From Octopus bimaculoides (Eukaryota), in NCBI RefSeq assembly GCF_001194135.2, contig NC_068983.1, positions 107,993,422 through 108,057,421 of the forward strand: 64,000 nt of DNA. The letters are read 5' to 3'. The notes beneath the pieces were generated by a model that searched no databases, was not told the origin of the DNA, and saw only the letters and a program-made list of their open reading frames with translations. A program made the translations under genes and the position numbers. Below, piece by piece: positions 63,665 to 64,000 of this stretch. Position 1 is the stretch's first letter. Each line of letters starts with the position of its first letter.

Positions 63665-64000
63665 TCATCATCATCATCGTTTAACGTCCGCTTTCCATGC
63701 TAGCATGGGTTGGACGATTTGACTGAGGACTGCTGAAACCGGATGGCAACACCAGGCTCCAGTCTGATTTGGCAGAGTTTCTACAGCTGGATGCCCTTCC
63801 TAACGCCAACCACTCAGAGAGTGTAGTGGGTGCTTTTACGTGTCACCCGCACGAAAACGGCCACGCTCGAAATGGTGTCTTTTATGTGCCACCCGCACAA
63901 GCCAGTCCAGGGGCACTGGCAACGATCTCGCTCGAAAATCCTACAGGAGCCAGTCAGGCGGTACTGGCAACGGCCACGCTCAAAATGGTGCATGTCATGT
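63665..64000 (-). mobile_element. Young SINE family C copy, running off the window
   Basis: CpGs retained, (ATC)n tail at the left end, internal repeated CTGGCAACG...CGCTC units. Confidence 0.85.

Overview
AT-rich, gap-ridden animal genomic DNA, mostly intronic or intergenic. The SINE, microsatellite and TE content looks like an Octopus-type cephalopod assembly (my inference; not searched). No intact protein-coding ORF is present: the long ORFs in the track are N-gap or microsatellite artefacts. The well-supported content is decayed mobile DNA: a CRE-like and an R4/Dong-like RLE retrotransposon 3' end, three Penelope-like remnants, a Gypsy RNase H-integrase remnant, an RTE LINE fragment, two Tc1 copies, a mariner remnant, several MITEs/hairpins and many copies of about five SINE families. 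Most interesting, all needing confirmation: (1) type I hammerhead-ribozyme-like folds in Penelope-type terminal repeats (best at 55372-55432); (2) a hand-assembled chain of 18 frame-compatible small or micro exons on the minus strand from about 36.2 kb to the left edge, not clearly above background; (3) a consensus recursive-splice-site motif beside a 360-bp duplication that carries a duplicated 15-nt micro-exon-like unit. All alignments and translations were done by eye.
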